From positions 12,462,001 to 12,526,000 of the forward strand of contig OZ234494.1 of NCBI GenBank assembly GCA_965153455.1: DNA of 64,000 nucleotides. Reading direction: 5' to 3'. The DNA is from Sphagnum compactum. Taxonomy: Eukaryota. The translations under genes and the position numbers were made by a program. Below the pieces are notes generated by a model, which ran no database searches, was not told the origin of the DNA, and worked only from the letters and a program-made list of their open reading frames with translations. Below, in pieces: positions 40,729-54,125 of this stretch; position 1 is the stretch's first letter; each line of letters starts with the position of its first letter.

Positions 40729-42830
40729 CCTAAGCATTCAAAAAAATTCATTTTATGTTGTTTTGTTGGTATTATAGTTCAAAGATGATTTGTAAAAACT
40801 TCAAGTGATGCTCCTATAACACTTTAAATCTAAGAATAAGAAATAAGAAAGTTATGAGGTTTTAAAGTAGAAAGGTTCCAAAGAGAAGGAGGAAAAAAAA
40901 ACACATTTTATAAGTTGGAAAGCCTGTTTTTTTTCTTGTTATTTTTTCATTACTCCTTTTGCTTTGCACTTCAAAAATTCAAAAATGATTTCTAGAGCTT
41001 GAGGCAACACTCCCATAAGGGGGCAAAAGGTTTTGAGCCTGGGGGTCCCAGCTATGACAAATAGTGATAAAATCCAATTTCAGTGTAAACGGATTTTTAA
41101 ATTATTGATGTGCGAGGGCTGGGACTTGGAATAAAAAGACTAATCATGGTGGGGGAGGGAGGGGGGGGGGCAAGTGGTTGCAAATTGCATTTCTTTGAAG
41201 TTACATTACATACATATGATGGATGTGTCGAATGTGTTTGAAAACCCGTTTGATTGTGATCTCGAAATACATCCGTACGTCAAGAAGAATAAGCGAAAAC
41301 CTTGATTTGTTTAGGTTTTGTTTTGAACAGGAGAAACAAACGGATTGCCCTCAAAGAATATCTATCCGTAATAGAAATGTTGCCTTTCTCTTGTCTTCAT
41401 TTGAAAAATAAATTGGGAAATTAGGACCTCACCCCCAAAAAAAGGCCAAAAAAAAAACTCCCCCCCTCCTCACCCATCCATGGAGTGGCTAATAATAATA
41501 TTTTATTTGGCTGTTTGTGAATAAACCCCAAATTTCTTGTACTCTTATCAGCATTCCAAGGATGCTTTGCTTGCTCCATACATGGGACATCAGGATTTTT
41601 TTAAATTAAAAAAACCACAATTCTGACACTTCACAATTCTGGATTAGTAAATTGTTACAAAGAAAATTTCCAAATGATAACTCCTTTAAAAATAAATAAT
41701 TCCAAAGGTACCTTAGTTGGGGGGGGGGGGGGGGAGAGAGAGTCCGGACTCGGGCCCCATATATATAGGATTTTTTTTTTTGGGAAAGTAAGGAATAACC
41801 TTAGCTTAGGATCACTTAAAAGTGTTCTTCTTTTGTTTTTGGAATTAAATTTGATAATTGAGCTTCAACTTTAGGTACTATTATTTTTATTTTTCTCTTT
41901 TTGTGAAAATAAAGTTTTGTGGCACAACCGTCTTGGACGGTTTAGTAGTTGGAGTTGGTGTGAGAGAGAGAGCTTCAAGCACACTCTTGTTGGCTCTTTT
42001 GTGTCGGAATGAAATGCTCGGAAGGATTCTTAATCAAAGAGTGGCTCAACTCTTTGGGGGCTCTTTTGCCTGCCCTGGACTTTGGTCCTTGCTCTTTGTT
42101 TCTTTTACTCTTCCGTTCTTTCTTGGGTGCTTTCTCTTTATAAAGTTTGGTAGGGTTTCCTCAAAGAAAGCCTTTTGTGAGGTGTCCGGAGTGTTGGACA
42201 CATTTCAAATACACCAATCAACATTAAAGCTAATATCCAATGTTCAAACCGGTTTTGGGTGATTCTTTACGGTCATGAGGAACCTCAGATTTCGGTTCCC
42301 AAACAAGAAATTGTATGGTTTCAGTTTGGGTTCCACACCATCAATAAAATTAAGAATCTAGTTTTGTGTCCGGTTCTTCCAAAAACAATTTCAATTCTGA
42401 TTCTGAAAATCAGACCCACTTGTTGTGATGTGGGTGTGGCTAACTCGGACTGGAACTGGAAGTTAACAGCCAGTTAAGCTTTTGTTAACCCCTGGTTCTA
42501 ATCCTTTTTTTTTTTGGGGGCCCCCCTGAAAGTCTTGGTTCTGGTTCCGTAAGTAAATGGAACTTGGAATTTAGTTGGGGGTTCGTTTTCTTCAGAAAAG
42601 AAATAAATTCAAGTTCTTCTTCCGGAACTGGTTGTGAAAATCATGCACGGTTATGAATTGGTTTCTACTAACTGGAACCGGAACCGGAACTGGGGGGGTT
42701 CTAAATCTCCAAACAAAATTGAAAAATGAAAACCCATTGGGTTTTTTTCTTTCTTTCCATGGAAAAAATGACCCAATTTAGCCAGATTTTGAAGATTTTT
42801 TTTTCCAAATCGCCAGATTTTGATGATCAT

Positions 42831-43127
42831 TAAGTTCCAGTAGGGCAGCCCAAGCAAGAATATAGAAGGATTCTGTTTTTAATTGACTTTTATATTTCGT
42901 ATCTAGCCAATCTTGGCTAAATTATTTTCTGGATGTCACCACTTTGGCTACATAGCAAAATCCTTAAAGAAACTTATAAGATCATCATTAGGTATTAAGT
43001 TCCAGGAGGTAGCCAAGAATATAGAAGGATTCTATTTTTCATTTACTTTCATATCCAGTAGGTAGCCAATTTTGGCTAAATTATTTTCTGGATGATCGTC
43101 ACTTTGGCTACATAGCAAAATCCTTTT
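42831..43127. repeat. Two tandem copies of a dispersed repeat (AAGAATATAGAAGGATTCT...TTGGCTAAATTATTTTCTGGATG...TTTGGCTACATAGCAAAATCCTT); related inverted copies near 32730-32840 and 37030-37260
   Basis: The duplication is directly visible, and the TAGCCAAATTTGGCTA-type palindromic core recurs across the window. Confidence 0.75.
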
Positions 43128-45575
43128 AAAAAACCCTGGTTGGGGCGGGGGGTGGGGGGAAGGGGGGCCCCAAAATAACACAGAATGGGGTGCTGGCTAC
43201 TTACCGAGCAACTTCGTCCTGCATCCCTGCGTGGCAGCGAGGAGGAGGAAGAAGAGGAGGAGCGCTCGCTCGCCCCCTCGCTCGCTATTCTGTCCCGTTT
43301 TTGCTTGCGATAGTCCATTTCTGGCGTGCCTCCAGCTGCGAGATTCTTGTGTAAACAGCGGTTTGCTATCGCATCACATCGCCAAGCATGCGGATGCGGT
43401 TTTTTTGATGCCGTTTACGGCACCGGATTTGGTGCAGAATGGAGTCCGGGAGCCTCAAATCATCGTCATTATCGTCATTATCGTCGTCGTCTCTTGCTTG
43501 TAGCCTGTTTCAGGGTGGAGAAGAAACAACTACTTGGCTTGAGCAGTGAGGGAGTAGACTGTGTGAAGAGGCGCCTGCTTTTTTCTCCTCTTCCGCTTTT
43601 GTTGTTCATGCCTTGGTTCCCCTCTCGAAAGCTTTGCTGAGCGCTCCCTGGGGTTGCTGTTTTGTCTATGTGCATATCGACGTGCCTCCGTTGCCCGTTT
43701 GGCTTTTATATACTCGATTTTGGTGGTATGGTCGATTATCAGTAAAGCTGCTTCTTCTTCGGCTCTTCTCTTTGTGATTGTGCTCTAGTCCTCCGTTTTT
43801 TTATTTATCTTCGACGGCGTGCTCTTTCTTTCAAGCGGGGGGGAAATATTCTTCTTCGCTGTGCCCAGCGCTCCTGTTTATATTCTGGTGAGCAGAGACC
43901 AAAAAACCAAAGGCCCTTTGTGTGTTTTATAGACCTCTTTTTTTCTTTGTTGCTGCGATTGCAAGTTCCGGCGCTGATTTGTTCGTGCGGATGCATTTCT
44001 CGATGCTGTCTGGAAGAAGAGCCGAGCTTTCTTGAAACCTTTGTGCACATCGTCGTTGAGGATATGGATTCTCTTCGTTTTTTTTCCCTCTCTGCATCTA
44101 TTTTCTATTTCTTCGATCACGAGACTTTGTGTACGATGCCGGGCTTCAAAACTTCCGTTACGATCCGGCAAGCGGTAGTAATCAGCCATGAACGTTCTCT
44201 GATTCATAATAGGACGCTTGATGGCAATAGATGTGAGAAAAAGAAAGTAAAAAGCAGTTCTTTCTGACACCGGCAAGATCTATAAATCAAGCTTGTCTTC
44301 GACTGCTAGAGAGAGTCTAGCACAGAAATCTGATCGTCTCTCTGTCTGTCGTGATAAGATTTGCAAGTTCCTGAATTTGTCTGCTTGAATTGGAATCTGG
44401 TCTACTGGTCGCTCTTGCAGGCGGGAGGAAACTTCACAGCTGTGAAATAAATAACAAAAGGATTCGGTCAAAGCTTGATCTCATTTTTTGTTCAGGAGAC
44501 CATGGAATCAATTGTGTAAAGTGTAGGAGGAGCCTTTGTTCGGGCCTGTGGCACAATGCTTGCCACTTTCTTATTGTTCAGTTCTTTGGGAGGACATCAT
44601 CAAGAACAGCAGGGAAGCTGTAAGGGGGCAGTTGTAGAACATTAGAAAGCAGGAGAATTTATGTTTATATGGTTCAATGTTAGATTGTGGAAGAGAGAGA
44701 GAGTAGGCAACAACACACAGACTTGCATTGGGAGGTGCCAAGTGGGAATTCACGGGGAAGCTGGCATGACATCACATCTCACATACTCAGACTTGTAAAG
44801 CCTATAGTAAGTTCTCTCAAGAAAGCTGAACAAGCAAGCGGGTTCTAAATAGCAAGTGAAGCAAAGCACAGGAAGAAATGCCAGACAAGTGTATGAGATG
44901 TGTTTTGGTGGACAGATAGAAGGTGACCATCTAATTACACAGACCCTGGGCTTTCCTCTGTTGTTGGTGAAGTTTATTCTGTTTTCTAAGCATGCATGAT
45001 TCTATTGAGAGATTGCATGATGCCTTTGGTACACACTGAATGAGAGCTTGGAATCTGTGTTTTAGGGCACCGATCAAATGGGTGGAGCTGGGATTCAAAA
45101 TCATGTGTTAAAGGAAGACCACCATAGCTATACTAATGGAGAAACTCTTGAAGTAAGTGTCTGTCACTGAGCTGAAATCTGCATTTCTGTCTGCTGCACT
45201 TTCTTGGAACATACGCAAAACAGGAATTTTCCAAGTTTGTGTTGATAGTGATTTCTAATGCTGCAAAACCTTGTGATAGATATACTGTGCTATTCAGAAA
45301 CCTTGGGTGTTGTAGAAGCATTAGTAGTTGTTGCTGTGGCTAATCACATCTTCTCATCTTCTGTTCCTGCAACTGCTACACCAGTGAAAGTCATACTTGA
45401 AATGCCTAAGATAACTCTGTCCAATTTCACCTCACCACAAGCAGTAGCTTTCAAAGATAGAAATCTTTTCAAAGATCTTTCTAAGGCTCTACAATCTACA
45501 TTCTTCAGTCTGGATGCACTAAAAATTGTTGTCAGGAAATGAGACAGTGGCTGATTCTCTTGCTTTCCTGTACAG

Positions 45576-48500
45576 ATGGTTGATATGACAGATGGGGATT
45601 CGAGTTCAAAGTCCAGTGAAAGCCAGCCACTTGTACCAGAGTTGAAACAAGATGGAATCTATTTGAGGGATGAGGACAATGTAGGTAGTGGAAGAGGGCC
45701 TATGTGCAGAAGGTGGATGAAATGCGTAGGTTGGGTGTGTAAACTGCCAAAGGACCTACGGCAAAGTTTGCATTATGTGATCTTGGGAACAAAATTGAAT
45801 GTTCTGCTACTTTGTGTTCCTTTGGCAATGCTTGGTGTACAATTGAATTTTGGCCATGTAATTTCCTTTCCCATCCCACTCCATCTGATCACCAATGCTA
45901 ACTCATTTTTTGTTCCTCGTTTCATGGGTAACATCATGAGGTCAGTAGTGAGTTGTGACTTTATTCAGGATTTCACCAGATGATGACTCAGCGGATGTTG
46001 CAGAATGAGTACCTCAATTTAACATGGATAATGCTGCGCAATAGGATGGAAGTCCAGGATTTCATAGGGATTTGTACTTTACAAGTCCTCTTTGATGTAT
46101 GCTGTGTTTTCATTCATCAGTTTGTGGGCTGCTGATGTTCGATGGAGATTGGGTTAGCTTTGTTATAATTTGTGAGCAATTCCTTTAAACAGTTTTGATT
46201 GGAGAGCCAGTATGAAAGAATCTGCTTTTGGATCTGTTGTACAAAGAGATGATGCTGTGTCATTGGCTGCAGGGCTGGGTGTTTCTATTGAGTCTACTAG
46301 GTATGGCACCATTAGCTGAGCGGCTTGGTTTTGTCACAGAGTGAGTGGAATCATGCTCCTAAATTCCATGAGAGAAAGGCATTGTACTTTGATTTCTTTC
46401 ATGGTGAGTTGACTGTTAATAGTTAGGCCATAGTTTAAAGGTGCAATGCTTCCCAAGTGTTTGCATCAGATAATCTATCCACTGATGGCCAACCTGTGAC
46501 TTGGTAGGATTTGCTTGCTGATATTGGTTCTTACATTCTTAATTGTTGTGTTATTCACAATCTTGATTTAGTGGCTTCTGCATCTTGGAATAGACCACTA
46601 AAATTCCTGACCCTTTCACTTGCTCTTTTGCAGACAATTATCATTCTTCACTGGTTCGACAGGTACTACAATATCCTCTTGTAACCTTTGACTGCTCTTA
46701 TATCTCTTGTTGTGTGGAGTGTTCATAAAGGTTGTCAACTTGAGTGTGCCAAGTTACACTCTCAAAATCCTGCAAAAATTAACAGTGAATTCTCAGGTTT
46801 TGACATGGCAGATCTAATGACCTAGATAGAATCAACCAATGTAAACTAAACTGTGGAAGGGTTGCTTTACCAGACAAGGTATCCAAAGTTGTTGAGACTT
46901 GAATTTCTAAGGTATCTGATGATTTAGGATGTGGTGTTTTTGGGTGAAGTCAAGCACATGTGTTCTTGTGTACTGATGTAGGCTGATGTGTGCTGTGCAG
47001 TTGGTGGCCTCCTGAATGCAACCTTTGGCAATGCCACAGAGATGATAATATGTATTTTTGCCCTGAAAAACAACATGATACGAGTTGTACAACTGTCACT
47101 TCTGGGCTCTATTCTCTCCAACATGCTACTTGTTTTGGGCTGTGCTTTTCTGTTTGGAGGTCTGGCACATCCAACAAAAGACCAAAAGTTTAGAAAGGTA
47201 TGGGTGGTAGCACAGTTCACCTCTGGTTTTTGTTAAAGTAGTTGTTGAGCTAGAGAGTCATCTATGGGACAACAGGAAGATAAGTAATGGTCTGAAATAA
47301 ACAAGTGTATTCAACTTGTGTTGTGTAGAGTATAGGTTTTTAACTTTGCCTGTATACAGACAAGAGTTATGGTATTAGTGTACAGATATACAGAGGGTGT
47401 TGAATAGGCTTGTGTGTAGGTGTGCTGAAAAACTGTTATGGCCAATCAAATTGCTGGATTTGTTGGTCTGAATTTTTTTGTTAGTTATCTTGAGTGAACT
47501 TACAGTTAAATGTGTAATAGTATTTGGTAGCTTTGTGAGAATTTTAGAGGACCAATGGAAATGGTAAAAAAGGACCATTATTTTCAATGTTCAGCAGAAT
47601 AGGGTTGTGTGTAGGCCTGAAGATTTTTTTTCCCAGGCCAATGGGATTGCTGGATTTGGTGGTCTGAATTTGTTTTCTTAGTTATCTTGAGTGAACTAAA
47701 AGTTCAATGTCTATTAGCTATTTACAGACAGGGTTCTAGCACATTACTTGTGCACTTTGTTCTGGTTACTGATTACCTGGTTTGTTTAATTGGCTTGGCA
47801 CAAGGAGTTTGTTTATAGATGTGCTGTTGCATTGGTATGTGATGCAGGCAACAGCTCAGGTTACTTCTGGCTTGCTATTGATGGCAGTTATGGGTCTCTT
47901 ATTCCCTGCGGCCCTTCATGCTACAAAGACTGAGATGCATACTGGAACATCTGAGCTTGTCCTGTCAAGGTTCAGCAGCATAGTTATGCTTATAGCTTAC
48001 ACAGCTTACCTTTATTTCCAGCTAAAAAGCCACAAGGACCTCTATGATTCTGAACAGGTAACGTTCATTTCAGATTACTGTACTGGTATTAGCAATATGA
48101 GGAAAAGCCAGCTATGCATCTTTGGAAATGAAGAATTGGCAGTTCAGGATGTTGTCACGGGGAGACTTACATTGATGCAGTCTCCTGGACAGCTTATGAC
48201 CTAAGTGCAGAATATATTCCATGATATCCACTGAAGAGCACATGTGTAGTTCTTGTCTTGGGTTTTGGAAGTTATTGTCCTTCTCTGACCTTGAGGTCCT
48301 TTGTAATTGGAAGATGACTAACTGAATTCTCATTCTAAACTTTTTGGTTTGCAGGAGGGTGAGGGAAATGAAGCAGACTCTGAATCAGATGAATGCATAC
48401 TGTCCTTTTGGGGCTCAATTGCATGGCTGGCCATTTTGACTGTATTTATATCCATTCTCTCTGAGTATCTTGTTGACGCAATAGAGGTACGTGGGCAAAC

Positions 48501-49951
48501 TGACCCTAGATGGAATGTGACGCTGGTTCGTTTCCAGTGAATTTCTAATACTGTATGTGCATGGGAGTCCAGAACTTTTTTCCCAATGTTTTAGAGTCTT
48601 ATCAGCAGCTAATGCTTGCCTGTGCACGTAGCAGTAGTCAACCAGTGAGATGTCCATAAGGTTGTCAGACACTAAACTCTTTTCTTTGAACTGCTTTCTA
48701 ACTTATTGGAACTCTGGACAAATCATGTTGTACTAATGCTTCAACTTCTTTGTGATAGGGTGCTTCAGCCTCATGGAATGTACCTGTTGCATTCATCAGT
48801 GTGATCATACTTCCAATTGTTGGTAATGCTGCTGAGCATGCAAGTGCAATCATGTTTGCTCTGAAAGACAAGCTGGTGAGTTGTAAAATCCTATAGGCAG
48901 CTGGTGACCCTATTGCATCTAGTGTTCCAATGTGGTACTTCTTTAGACTGCATGATAAGATTCTGAGATGGTAAAGTTTTGAGGAGGTCATAAGCACCCG
49001 TCCCTGGGGATGTCATTGTTATAAGTTGGGTTTGGATGTCAATGCTATAATATGATGGTGTTATGCATCTTATTATAAACAGCCTGTAGGTAGTCTGCAA
49101 GATGTGCTGAATTTTTCCTTTTGCAGGACATATCCTTAGGAGTTGCCATTGGTTCTTCTACTCAAATTTCCATGTTTGTGGTGAGTTGGAATGGCCGTCT
49201 CACTGCATTTGAACTTTATTCATGGTACAGTTTGAGTTCTTGTGGTGCTGTACTTAGTACTACTTGCAAACTTGTAATGTCAAGTATGTTTTAATGAATA
49301 TGAATGATCCTTCCCACAGATTCCATTTTGTGTTGTCATTGGGTGGCCAATGGGCACACATATGGACCTTAACTTCCAACTCTTTGAGACTGCCACACTT
49401 TTCATCACAGTGCTTGTGGTGGCTTTCATGCTTCAGGTATATTTCTTACTCTTCTGGAATGTGTGAACTTTCTCAATTTCCAAGTAATGCTATGCCTAGA
49501 GCTAATCAAGTTCCTTTCAGCATCTCTATCTTGTGGAGAAATTTGACTATGTTCCCAATCATGCTAATTTATTCTGCAATGTGTGAGCTAGAAAATCTGG
49601 CCAATTTTTTGTTGCAATGTGCAGCAACTAGTTCTGCCTTATGACCAATGCCCAACGCAGACTCAGAAGCATTGCATTGATTCCACAGTGTTCTTATGTA
49701 GACATATTTTGATTTATCTTGCAGGAGGGGACAGCAAATTACTTCAAGGGTCTCATGTTGGTGCTCTGCTACTTGATAGTGGGGGCTAGCTTCTTTGTTC
49801 ATGTGGATCAGCCAGACCACTGTGAGTGACTCTATTCACCTTGTAAATCATCACATTCAGTAACTACAACAGTCACTGACTTAACTGTGCCAGGCTTACT
49901 GAACATCTGTTTTGCATTTCTTGTCTTCTCCTTTCCAACTGGAATGTAGAA
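45576..49951 (+). CDS. CAX: Vacuolar cation/H+ exchanger, CAX type IB (CAX2/5-like); exons 45576-45857, 46273-46340, 46634-46662, 47001-47197, 47848-48057, 48355-48486, 48759-48875, 49127-49180, 49320-49436, 49725-49821, 49950-49951 (434 aa)
   Basis: [13 protein letters not shown], c-1 repeat [29 protein letters not shown], an acidic loop, c-2 repeat [20 protein letters not shown] and NYFKGLML. All introns are GT-AG and in phase (1305 nt). Confidence 0.95.
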
Positions 49952-52939
49952 ACAGCAACTCAGTCCAACCTTCTAGAGAACTTGTTATTGATAAGGAAAC
50001 ACAGATTGGATCAGTTGAGCTGGACTTAACCAATCATTTTTGGCAATTTTCTTGTTATGCCTTTGTTGGTATATGGTACTCAGGACCATAGCTGCTGGAT
50101 ATTTCTCTTGTATCTAATGAAGCACAGGGTCTACAGAGGAGAAGCCTGTTCTTGTACCTCTTAGCACCTTTTGATGTCAACGTAACTTCAGATCAATATA
50201 AGTACTATTGGGGTTTGGCTTCTTGTTGTGAACTATAGTCTGGATAGAAATTTTCTGTCTACTAGCTATGGACTGGCAACTTGGAAACCCATTCAGTCAC
50301 AGGACTAAATTTTTCAGTTCACCTGTCAGAGGTCATTTGGAGGTGTGATTTTCTGAAGGCTCATTTCCCTTCCTCTAGAACTTTAATAGGTTTTCTAGTT
50401 ATAGGTTTTCTGGTCAAAGGACTCAGCTAGCATGTCACTAACTGTTGGTTCTCCTGTACATAGCCCTAGACTCTTCTCTGGTTCTATAATGGTCACCATG
50501 TAAGTAAAGAGCCAAGCTGTAAAAAGGGCTATTCACAGTAGCCATCCCCTTGAATACTTTTGAGTTGACTGTATGAGGGTGGAGTGCTTTGTAATGATGT
50601 TTTTGAGGATTAATCCTATCATGTATGTGCTGAAAAATAACCGACATGTCATCAAATCTGTTGTTGATGCAGATGATGGTCGAAAGTTTGGAGGGCGGAA
50701 GTTTGGAATGCAACATGGACCACACCACCGGCACTCCTGGGGTTAGAACAAATTAGATTCAGGCTTTGGGATAATTGCTTAATGACCATATGAAGGGGAC
50801 CTGACCCTTGCCGACCCCCTCACCTGGTGCTTACATGGTCCCAAACAGGATGTATGGATTCGTTTCCAGGCAACAATAGTGCCCGGAATTCTCTCCAAGT
50901 GGGTCCGCCACATACCCTACTTTTGATTTCGATCCACTGATTTTATTCCTTTGTAGTGTGGGGTTTTACCTGTAATCCCATTGACTTCACTAGACACGTT
51001 CCACATCCACTTCTCATGTGATCCAGGCCTTCCAGGTTTAGCATTCTGGGAGCAGGAATTGGGTCTGAAGCTCAAGAGTACCCACTTATTGTAGCCATTG
51101 TTTTGGATGCTCTCTCACAGGATTATAAGCTTCTTCATAGAGGTTTTACTTTCCTGAAGAAGTAACTTGATCATGAGGGCTGGCTGGCTTTCATGATCAC
51201 CTGTGGTTTGGGTTAGAAGTTTCTGTCGGGTCTCTTATCGAGACAACTTGCAATCCCAAGCTGCCAAAGATAATATGTACTAGATGAATTTTTTTTCCTC
51301 GAGAGATATTTTGTATATTGCTGGAGGAGGGTAGTGGACAAAAATAACATGAAACTTTGTGTATTGGTTCTCTATGATCATGGTCCCATGTGTCCCCTGC
51401 TGACTGCTGAGTGATCGTCAACTTCTTTTTTGCTTTGATTGTCTCTCAAATTGATCACTGACTTTCTCTTCTTCAAGTGATTGACAACCACTTACTACAG
51501 AGCTTTATGTGGGGCACTGGGCCAAGGCAAAATGTGCCGCTTAGAGGATCTTCACCCACACCCCTTATGTGACTGTCTACAAGTGCTGACCAATTGAAAG
51601 CAATCAGCTTTTTTTACTGGCCCTTTTGGAGAGCATTGTATCTGGTGCATATGTAGAAGTGCAGAGTCCAGACCCAGTTTCAAGTTACAGAAGTTGTACA
51701 TCATCAAAAGTATGTTGCTACAGTTCTATTGTTGTAGGCTGTTGGTGGAGATGCTCTTAGGGTGCACTCTAGTACACATATAGAGAGTCCATGTTTGAAA
51801 GTAAGGCTAACAACTATGCCTTGGGTGGAGGTTTTCAGTCATATGCTACTACACTCAAAGCTTTAGTTCTTTTTGTTTTCAGGTTTTTTTGGCTTCTATA
51901 ACTGTTATAGCAACTTAACACTCATGTACCAAAATTATTCTGAGAGGAAGAAACAGAACAGACCTCCTTTGGAAAATCAGATCTGACTTTCTCAAACCAC
52001 TTTCTTCATGATGTAGAGTTGTACCCTTGATACCAAAAACACATTGTCTTCAATGAGCAGTGACTGCAGTCTTCAAATTTTATGATGATTCACAATTCCT
52101 AACACTTTTCACTCAGCAGTTTGCTTTGCACTTTGACAGCAGATGTTCATAAAACAGACCAGAAGTTCTGCACAAAGGGTCCTTGAAAATATTAGACTAT
52201 ATGCTATGCAGGAGAGTGAACAGTGGGTTAGTATTCTTGCAAGTTTGATGCATCCTAGTGGGAACTGGCACACCCGAGCACTGAGCACCTCTTTGATATG
52301 CCATAGTGCTTCCCAAATGTTGAATTGGTAACTCTTTGAAGGTCGCTCGACCTGTCTTCAATAGGGTTGAACACTCTAGCATGTTAGTGTACAAACACAA
52401 GCAACTTGATTTGTTCTTAAATTCTATTATCTAAGACAAGATAGAAGGAATGAAACTTGAACAGTGTCCTGTGTGGAGTTTGAAATTCCTCACCCTGAGG
52501 CTCTGTTGTTCATGCTTCCTAGACACCATCTTTTGTGTTGTCACAACTTACTGATTTAAACAGCCACATTTCCATCACCTGCTTTGTTGTCAAAGCAATC
52601 TGACCTTCATCTCTGCATTTTCACCCCACCCAGGCTTCTCAGATTTCTCCTTTGAGTACTCAAGGTGAAGTACCTGATGATTGAACATGAAAAAAAATAT
52701 TGGGTTTTTTATATGGAAAAATCTCTTTTGAATTGATGACAAAAAAATTCTGCTACAAAAATCAGCAGCATATTTGAGGGTCTCTTGTGCTGCATTTGAA
52801 ACCCGACAGACAAGGCTCTTCATGAGTACCCATTGAGAACTTGCTCGTTCAGATGTGAAGCTTATTATTTAACAAAAGCTGAATAGAATTGAGGGGCAAA
52901 AACTGATAACAAGGTTCGTATAAATTTTTTTCTTCACAC

Positions 52940-53228
52940 CTGAGAATTGAACCAAAAGGTGATGATGAACCCTAAACTACATATCCAGTGAGTTTGAACA
53001 CAGAAAACAAAGCTACAAAAGGGATACAGAGATTTCTTCACATCTAGAGGAACATATTGAATTGAACCAAAAGGCAACAGTGCACCCTAAAAAACCCAAG
53101 CTACAAAAGTGATACAGAGATTTCTTCACATCTGAGAAGAACATAGTGAATTGAACCAAAAAGCGCAATGGTGAACCCTAAAACACATATCCAGTGAGAT
53201 TTGAACACAAAAAAACTAAGCTACAAAA
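52940..53228. repeat. Diverged tandem triplication (~90-115 bp units)
   Basis: GAATTGAACCAAAA...CCCTAAA...AAGCTACAAAA occurs three times; GATACAGAGATTTCTTCACATCT occurs twice. Confidence 0.75.
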
Positions 53229-54125
53229 TGCGAGCAAGTTTGACAAACATTTTGTGGGCTTCTCCATTTCAAAGAGGGTTTGCAAAAGGATAAAAAACTT
53301 CTGAATAAGTATACAAAATCATGAGAAAGTACTGAAGTGCACTCCAAATTGCTCTATACAAAACTGGTCACAGAGAAGAATGTTTTGTCAATCAATGTGT
53401 ACTGTAACTCCCATTTTGTGCAGAGCAATTTGTATTGAGAGAGATTTGCTTAAAAGAAGCTCAAAACCTCAACTGCAGCATCCCTTTTTTCTTTCAGTCA
53501 AGAAGAAGACAGAAGAAAGAAAACAGAATTCAATTCACATGGTGCTTAATCGTCTCTGAAAAAACACTCACTGGCAGCGATGGTGCTGAATTGTACACTC
53601 CAAACCCAACAAATGCACGCAGAAAAGAAAGGGGACCCAAAAAAACAAAGTCGCGTTGTTGAGGAAGAAGAAGAAGAAGAAGATGAAGAAGAGCGCACAT
53701 CTCTTGTACTGAGTCACAAGTATCGTTCTTTCCGAGAGACAACTGACTGCAAGTGAACTGCAAGTGAACTTTCCAACTGCGAGTGAACGTTCAGTTGACG
53801 AACTGGCGATCGACTGTAGTTATGGTGATAGAGCTTCACAGATGGGATAGTGACTGACCACAACAATGTGCATGCATGGGCATTTTGCATTACAACACGC
53901 AATTGTTTCTCATTTAACTCCTCTGCAAGAAAGGAGCAAATGATAGTTTGCAGTGTCCTCTCCTCGTTGTTCTCTCTTCTTCTATCGATACTACTGTTTT
54001 GTCCACAACACACGCACACACGCACGCACGCACACACACACAATCACAGAGTAAGTGAGGAAATTTGGAAAATTCGCATAAGCTTCAGATCAGCGAGAAA
54101 CAACAAAGGACAGCAAAGCTAGCCC

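Noticed and set aside
43076-44276. Overlapping 65-132 aa ORFs on both strands
   Set aside because: Best explained as the GC-rich first exon and intron of the CAX leader.
50400-51500. Moderately GC-rich segment after CAX resembling decayed coding or retroelement sequence
   Set aside because: I found no RT, integrase or other motif in the frames I read.
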